From assembly GCA_000388065.2 (NCBI GenBank), contig KB932212.1: a stretch of DNA of 25,608 nucleotides; one strand, given 5' to 3'. Positions 1 through 7,195 of this stretch are shown here, piece by piece (the stretch's first letter is position 1; every line of letters starts with the position of its first letter). Below the pieces are notes generated by a model. It was not told where the DNA came from. It worked only from the letters and a program-made list of their open reading frames with translations, and did no database searches. Made by a program: the position numbers and the translations under genes. Source of the DNA: Fonticula alba ATCC 38817. Taxonomy: Eukaryota > Protista > Nucleariida.

Positions 1-26
1 GCCCGGCCAACCTGGGCGCCTGGAGT

Positions 27-57
<31 letters not shown>

Positions 58-380
58 CGGGCCAACGGGGGGGCCCGGGGTCGGGAACGGTGATGCCTGG
101 TGTGTCTGCCTCTTGCCAGGTCAGTCAGTGGGCCCTGGTATCTCTCTCTCCCCCCCCTCCCCCCAGGGGGTGTGCGCCTGTGTATGCGGGACGACTGTGC
201 GGCACGTCCGCGCGGGGGGTCTCTCTCTCTCGCAGCAGCAGCAGCAGCAGCAGGGACGCTTTTAAGCTACTGCCGCGCTCGGCACCGGGCACTGCTCGGG
301 GGGAGACTAGGTCACTCCCTCCCCCCCCTCCTGCCACCCTCTTTGGTTTCCTCCTCCTTCTTCCTCCTTTCCAGAACGAT

Positions 381-2901
381 ATGGTCACCCCTGCGAGCCT
401 CTCCACCTCCCTCGAAGTCCGTTCCGTCCCCTGTCCGTCCCCCTCCTGCGCGTGCCTGCCCCCCCTCTACTCACACGCCGGCTGATGCATACACACACAC
501 ACACACTCCCAGGCGCTGGGCGTCTTCCCTGGTGACTTCGCCCTCCTCGGCACCGATACCCTGTACGTCCTGCCGGCGCATTTCTCCCGCCTCCGGGCCC
601 CCGGCCGCGCCTCACACCCACTGACACCCGACGACGCCCAGCCTCCTTGGAGCCGGCGCCAAGACCCCCGAGCACCTGATCACCAGTGCGCTCGAGCATG
701 CCACCCAGGAGGCCGGGATTCTGCGTGTGGCCCATGTGCGGGATGTCTTCGACCGCGATGTCAAGGCCCGCGCCACCCTGTCCAGCGTCATCCGCTTTCA
801 CCCGGCCCCCGCCGGCACCTTCGGCGAGGGTCTGCTGGTGGAGCTGCTGAAGGTGCGTACTCTCCGGACGCGCCCGGACACACACGCACACACACACGCA
901 CACACACACGCACACACACACGNNNNNNNNNNNNNNNNNNNNNNNNNNNNNNNNNNNNNNNNNNNNNNNNNNNNNNNNNNNNNNNNNNNNNNNNNNNNNN
1001 NNNNNNNNNNNNNNNNNNNNNNNNNNNNNNNNNNNNNNNNNNNNNNNNNNNNNNNNNNNNNNNNNNNNNNNNNNNNNNNNNNNNNNNNNNNNNNNNNNNN
1101 NNNNNNNNNNNNNNNNNNNNNNNNNNNNNNNNNNNNNNNNNNNNNNNNNNNNNNNNNNNNNNNNNNNNNNNNNNNNNNNNNNNNNNNNNNNNNNNNNNNN
1201 NNNNNNNNNNNNNNNNNNNNNNNNNNNNNNNNNNNNNNNNNNNNNNNNNNNNNNNNNNNNNNNNNNNNNNNCGCACACACACACACACACACGCGCACAC
1301 ACACACACGCACGCACGCACGCACGCACGCGCGCGCACACACACGCACGCGCGCACACACACACACGCACACACAGATGCTGACCCCCTCCCACCCGGTG
1401 TGACCACTATGTGCTCAGGACTCCTTCACCCCGGCCCACCGGATCCGCCGCGTGGACGTGTACGAGCGCTCGGCCGCCGAGGCCCCCTTCGGGCTGGTCT
1501 GCTCGGATCTCAGCCTGCCGAGCTTCCTGCGCACCTTCCAGACCCCCTGCCCCGGGGGCTCGAGCTCCTTCGGCCGACGTGCGGCCCGGTCCAGCGCGTC
1601 GGCCGTGCTGGCCGTCTGCCCGGTGGATGTGCTGGCCGCCGACCCGGCCGCCTGGGTGGCCGGCTTCCGCGGCAAGCAGTCCTCCAACCGCGTGCTGATG
1701 GTCGCCCCATCGGCCTTCACCTCCAACGCCGAGGCGGCCCAGGACAACTACTTCATGGCCGCGGCCGCGGCCGGAGAGAACCCCGCGGCGACCCCGGCGG
1801 CCGCGGCCTCCGATGGCAGTGAGTTTGTCCTGCGCGAGCATGCCGGCCTCGTGGCCGAGATGGAGGCCCATGGCGTGTCCGTCGTCCTGGCCAGCCACTC
1901 GTATGTGCATGACACCCCGGATGCCTGCTTCCCGAACAACTGGTTCTCCACGCACATTGTCCGTCCCGGGGCCGAGGCCGGGGCCACCTCGGACAGCGTC
2001 GGCAACAGCAAGCTCAAGGTCCTGTACCCGATGAAGTGCGAGAACCGCCGCCGTGAGCGTCGCCCCGATCTGGTGGCTCTGCTGTCGAAGTGCGTGCCGG
2101 TGCCCGGCTGCCCGATGGGCTTCCCGCGGCTTCCGGCCTGCCGGTTTGCCGGTCGCCCCTCCATGCGCCGCCCGCGCCCCTGCATGCATGCCCCTGACCG
2201 ACCGTTGCCTTTGTGTTTGCCTTTCTTGTCTCCCCGGCGCGCGCCTCCCCAATGCGTGGCTCCCCTCGCGCTCCTCCTTTCCTCGTGCTCTTCTTGTCGC
2301 CCCGCCCCCCCCCCCCCCCCGACACACACACACACACAGCCTCGGCTACCAGGAGACCATCGACATGTCGGCCCCCGAGACCGCCGGCCAGGCCCTCGAG
2401 GGCACCGGTGTGCTGGTGCTGGACCGTGTCAACCGGGTGGCCTACGTTGCCGCGTCGGAGCGCGCCCAGCCGGAGCTCGCCGCCCAGTGGGCCGAGCGCC
2501 TGGGCTACCGGGCCGTGGTCTTCACCGCCACCGACATCAACAACCGCACCATCTACCACACGAATGTCATGATGGCGGTCGGCACCTCGGTGGCCGTGGT
2601 GTGCCTGGAGTCGGTGGACAATGCCGAGGCCCTGCGCCAGTCCTTCGCGGCCACCGGCCACGAGGTGGTCGACATTACCCGGCAGCAGGTGCAGGAGATG
2701 TGCGGCAATGTGCTGGAGGTCGAGTCGGCCACCGGGCTGCCGGTCATGGTGATGAGCGCTCGCGCCCGGGCGGCCTTCACCCCGGAGCAGATCCAGACCA
2801 TTGAGAAGCACTGCCCCGGCGGCATTGTGGCCGCGGACCTCGGCAATCTGGAGCGCATCGGCGGCGGCAGCGCTCGCTGCACCATTGCCGAGCTCTTCTG
2901 A
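381..2901 (+). CDS. Amidinotransferase/pentein-fold hydrolase (CtlX/arginine-deiminase-related) with N-terminal extension; exons 381-416, 513-562, 642-852, 1419-2089, 2340-2901; 509 aa if the gap hides no exon
   Basis: Spliced product contains QSSNRVLMVAPSAF, QDNYFM, DTPDACFPNNWFSTH, LYPMKCENRRRERR, LEGTGVLVLDRVNRVAY, IYHTNVMMAVG, CGNVLEV and the terminal GGGSARCTIAELF (nucleophile Cys at 2878-2880), all typical of CtlX-like amidinotransferase-family proteins. Donors GTCCGT 417, GTACGT 563, GTGCGT 853, GTGCGT 2090 and acceptors at 512, 641, 1418, 2339 give one continuous frame (1530 nt). The 5' exons are less certain, and intron 3 spans an N gap. Confidence 0.85.
878..1375 (+). repeat. (CA)n/(CACG)n compound microsatellite in intron 3 of gene 1, interrupted by assembly gap 923-1271
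   Basis: CACACACG-type repeats are read directly on both sides of the N run. Confidence 0.9.
923..1271. other. Assembly gap
   Basis: Run of N flanked by CA microsatellite. Confidence 1.
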
Positions 2902-5753
2902 TGAGAGGCCCCATGGCGGCGGGGAGGGGGGCGTGCACAGGGGGGCGGCGCCCCGAGGCGCGCGCGCGGGCCGCCAACACGGCGGCACACCCGTGCACCG
3001 CCGCGAGTGCCGCCGTGGCTAGAGGCCGGCACGGACCGCGGCGCGTACGCGGCCCCCCTCCTCGGTCTGCCAGCTTGTTTGTTTTTTTTTCTCCGTCCCC
3101 CCTCCCCTGGGGAGACTGTCCAATACACCGGATGGCTGCTCTTCTGTGTGTCCCCTCTTGCTTTTTTTTTGTTCCTGTGCCTCCCCCCGGCCTGTGGGGC
3201 ACCGCCGCCGCCGCCCGGGGCGCGGGGTGCGGGCAGGGCCGCTGCGACGCGCGCGGCGGCACGCGCGCCAGGGGGCCGACTGCCGGCAAACGGGGCCTCC
3301 TGCCGACGGACCAGTGGTGCGCCGGCGCCTCTGGGGCGCAGAGCGCACTTAATTCAGAACGCCGGCGCCATGCCCCCGGGGCCGCGGAGCGCCGGGAGTG
3401 TGAGAAAGTTGCGGGGCCCTCGAAACAGCCACCCATCTGCCGATGGAGCAGTGTCCGTGCGCAGGACCCCCGGCGCACGGGGTGAACCCGGCGCAAGCAT
3501 CTGACCCCGCCAGGCAGGTCAGGCGCGCGATGTCGGGAATGCGGCCTCCCGTGCGGGCGGGTGTATGTGCCCGGCTGGCGGCCTCCCTGCCCCCCCCCCC
3601 CACCCCCCCCCCGGGGGGGGGGTGGGGGTCGGGAGGCCATGCCCGGCGGGGCCATGGCGCCTTGGCCCCTCCCCGGGAATTGGGCCCAAACCAAGCGGCA
3701 ACCCTGGCCGATCTGCGGCCGGCCGCGTCGCCGCCAGGCGTGAGAGGCGGCGGCCGACGGCCGGCGCGCAGCGGGACCGGGGCGCGCCCGAGCCGGGGTG
3801 TCCTGCGCTTGGCGAGGGGGGGGGGCGCTTGGTGGCGGCATCCTTTTGTTGCATGTGGACGTCGCTGGCGAGGCGACACGCGCGGGGGGGGCGGCGGGCG
3901 CAGGCGGCCATCGGACGCAGCCGCCCTTTGCCCGGCCGCCGGTGTGTCCCGGCACGCATGCCCAGGGGCGGTGGCGGAGCCGGCCCTCCGGCGCGCTCCA
4001 CCCCGGGCCGGTCAGCCGGAGCCGCGGGGGAGAGCAGTTCCCGCCGCGCCCGCCCCCTCCTCCGAGTCCCAAGACCAGTCCGGTGCAGGGCACGGGCACC
4101 GGAAACACACACGCATCCCTGCCCTGCCGGGGGCCGGGGGGCCGGGGGGGGGGGGGGCTAGGCCGCGTTTGGTGGCCCGGGAGGATCTGGCTTTACAGAA
4201 TCGCCCATTGGCCGGCGGCTGCAATAACCTGCCCCGACCGGCCCGGCGCGCGTGCGCCCCCCCCGCGCGCGCGTCTGTATGCCCGGCGCGCGCGCGCGCC
4301 CGTCGAAAGAAGGTGGGCCGATCGTCTGCGCGCCCGACCCTCAGAGCCCCGTTGGTCTGGGCTGGCCCCTTCTGTGTGGGCCCTGCCGGAAGGGGCCCGG
4401 GCCCGTTGCCCCCAGACACGGTCGGGGGGGGGGGGGGGGGGGGCCCGGGGGGGCGGGGGGCCGGGGGGGGGGGGGCGACCCGGGGAGCCGGCTGCCCGGC
4501 GTGGCGGGCGGACTGGGTGTGTGGGGAGGAGGCGCGCCGGAATAAGCACGCTCGGGCTGGGGCCGCCGCGGGAGCCACGCCAAAAGTTCGCCCCAGAGTG
4601 CACCCGGGCGCCGGCGGCCCCCTAGTCGGGTGCACCCCGGGCCCCTGAGCTCCCCATCCCCCGCCCCCGCCCCCCTCCGCCCGCGGTGCGCCGATGGCCG
4701 CCCGGGGCGGAGCGGCGCCGGGCCCGGCGGAGCTCCGCCCACTGTTGGCGCCCCGGCGACACGCGCGGGGCCCTTCCGCCCCTGCGCCCTGTGCTGCGCG
4801 GCCGCGGCCCGGGGGCCCGGGGCGCGCTCTCCGGTCCATCTCCCTGTGCTCCCTGCCGGCCCCGGACGGGAGCCGGCCCGGCGCGAGCGCGGGGGAGGGG
4901 GGGCGGGGCGAGGAGCGCCGGCGGCACGGATGCGCCCTTAACGCATTCGCCCTCCACAGCCGCCCGGGGGCGGCGGGCCCGGGGACATCGGCAGATTAAT
5001 AGAGCCGGTCTTGGGCCGGCACCGGCCGATCGGCCACGCCCCCGGCCGATTCGCCGGCCGATTCGCCGGCAAGCCGGGCCCGCAGAGCCGCCCGGCGCCG
5101 GGCGGCGATTCCCCCGAAGTGTTAACAGACGTCTCCGAGTCCGCCCGGCTGGCCGGCCGGCCGCCCGCCCCCCCCCTCCACGCTACCCGGCAACCGATGC
5201 CGCCGCGCATGGGGGACACGGGGGGGGGGGGGGGGGGAGAGGCCCCGCCGACTCGCGCCGGAGGAGGGCACCACGCCGGGCGGTTGCCCGATGCGCCCCC
5301 ATGAGTAATCGGCCGACCCCGATCCGGGCCTGCCTTGCCCCCCCCCCCCCCGCGCCTGTGGATCTGTGCCCGATCCCCTCCCCTTCTCGGCCCCGGCCAG
5401 CCAGGCGGCCGGTGTGTTTGTTTTCCCCCTTTCCCCGGCCCTTCCCCCCCGGGGGACGCAATCAGAAGGCCGGCCGGCCGGGCGCACGCGCCCGCAGACG
5501 GCAAGCTGTCCAAGGCCGCACTGGTGTGCTCCACGGCCCCCCCCCCCCCCCCGGCCTTGGGGAGGGCCAGCCGCCGCTGCCGCCCCCCAGCCCCCCCCCC
5601 CCCGGTCCCAGGCTGGAACTAGGATCTAGTTGGCGCCGCTGACCCGGGAATCCGGCTGTTGGCCAGCTCCCACATTATCCCGAGGGGCAAACAAGGCTGG
5701 CGGAAGGCGACCGGCAGACTGGGGGGGGGGGGTGCTCTCGCCGGGCAGGGCGG

Positions 5754-6598
5754 NNNNNNNNNNNNNNNNNNNNNNNNNNNNNNNNNNNNNNNNNNNNNNN
5801 NNNNNNNNNNNNNNNNNNNNNNNNNNNNNNNNNNNNNNNNNNNNNNNNNNNNNNNNNNNNNNNNNNNNNNNNNNNNNNNNNNNNNNNNNNNNNNNNNNNN
5901 NNNNNNNNNNNNNNNNNNNNNNNNNNNNNNNNNNNNNNNNNNNNNNNNNNNNNNNNNNNNNNNNNNNNNNNNNNNNNNNNNNNNNNNNNNNNNNNNNNNN
6001 NNNNNNNNNNNNNNNNNNNNNNNNNNNNNNNNNNNNNNNNNNNNNNNNNNNNNNNNNNNNNNNNNNNNNNNNNNNNNNNNNNNNNNNNNNNNNNNNNNNN
6101 NNNNNNNNNNNNNNNNNNNNNNNNNNNNNNNNNNNNNNNNNNNNNNNNNNNNNNNNNNNNNNNNNNNNNNNNNNNNNNNNNNNNNNNNNNNNNNNNNNNN
6201 NNNNNNNNNNNNNNNNNNNNNNNNNNNNNNNNNNNNNNNNNNNNNNNNNNNNNNNNNNNNNNNNNNNNNNNNNNNNNNNNNNNNNNNNNNNNNNNNNNNN
6301 NNNNNNNNNNNNNNNNNNNNNNNNNNNNNNNNNNNNNNNNNNNNNNNNNNNNNNNNNNNNNNNNNNNNNNNNNNNNNNNNNNNNNNNNNNNNNNNNNNNN
6401 NNNNNNNNNNNNNNNNNNNNNNNNNNNNNNNNNNNNNNNNNNNNNNNNNNNNNNNNNNNNNNNNNNNNNNNNNNNNNNNNNNNNNNNNNNNNNNNNNNNN
6501 NNNNNNNNNNNNNNNNNNNNNNNNNNNNNNNNNNNNNNNNNNNNNNNNNNNNNNNNNNNNNNNNNNNNNNNNNNNNNNNNNNNNNNNNNNNNNNNNNN
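5754..6598. other. Assembly gap
   Basis: Run of N. Confidence 1.
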
Positions 6599-6600
6599 CA

Positions 6601-6652
6601 GGCGGAGCGGGCGGAGCGGGCGGAGCGGGCGGAGCGGGCGGAGCGGGCGGAG
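6601..6652 (+). repeat. Tandem 9-mer (GGCGGAGCG) x5 plus a partial copy
   Basis: Read directly: five exact units plus 7 nt, just after the gap and upstream of the ATP-grasp gene. Confidence 0.9.
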
Positions 6653-6967
6653 GGGAGGGGGGGGGGGTACTTGGGGCACCCCCGTGCTGGCAGCCCCCAA
6701 GTACGGCCCCCTCCCCCCTGACACGCTCGCGCTCCGCTCCTCTCCCTCAAGAGAAGCGACCCGAAAGAACACCCCCACCCCCACACACGCCCGCACACGC
6801 CCCCCGCGCGTCGCCGATCCCCGAGACCGGACCGCCGCATCCGCGCACGCTCTCTCCCCCCCTCCCCGACACACGGCCGACGCATCGTCGTGCTCCCTGC
6901 CGCAGCAGCGTGTCACACCGGAAACACACGCAGGCACATCTCCCCCCTCCTGTCCGGCACCTTATTT

Positions 6968-7142
6968 GTGCGTCCTCCCGCCGGGCGCTGTCTGGGATCC
7001 CCCCCCCCGCACATACACCTGCCCCCTTGTCGTGTGTGCCTCTCTGACACCCCCACCACTATCACTGTCTCGTGCACACACACACGCACACGCACACGCA
7101 CACGCACACACACACACACACACGCACACGCACACGCACACG

Positions 7143-7177
<35 letters not shown>

Positions 7178-7181
7178 ACAG
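6968..7181 (+). other. Probable 5'-UTR intron of the ATP-grasp gene, containing a (CA)/(CACG) tract at 7075-7180
   Basis: GTGCGT donor at 6968 matches the donors of the coding introns. The CA tract ends in CAG at 7179-7181, 14 nt before ATG 7196. Confidence 0.55.
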
Positions 7182-7195
7182 CCCCCCCCCAAGCC

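Noticed and set aside
233-253. (CAG)7 upstream of gene 1 as coding polyQ/polyS/polyA
   Set aside because: It lies upstream of the supported start (381) in motif-free frames; treated as a UTR or intergenic microsatellite.
923-1271. Possible hidden exon of gene 1 in the gap
   Set aside because: Exon 3 (ends 852) and exon 4 (starts 1419) already join in phase 0 and both gap flanks are the same repeat. A hidden 3n exon cannot be excluded but is not needed.
385-1407. ORFs with HTHT/CVCV repeats around the first gap, and similar ORFs elsewhere (e.g. 19192-19575, 19359-20015)
   Set aside because: These are translations of microsatellites and Ns, not metal-binding His/Cys repeat proteins.
5022-5070. 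CCGGCCGATTCG x2.4 tandem repeat as a CRISPR-like or regulatory array
   Set aside because: Only about two short GC-rich units with no spacers; compatible with simple slippage.
6890-7195. N-terminal extension of the ATP-grasp ORF containing HTHTHT
   Set aside because: It translates the CA microsatellite of a probable intron that ends in CAG at 7181.
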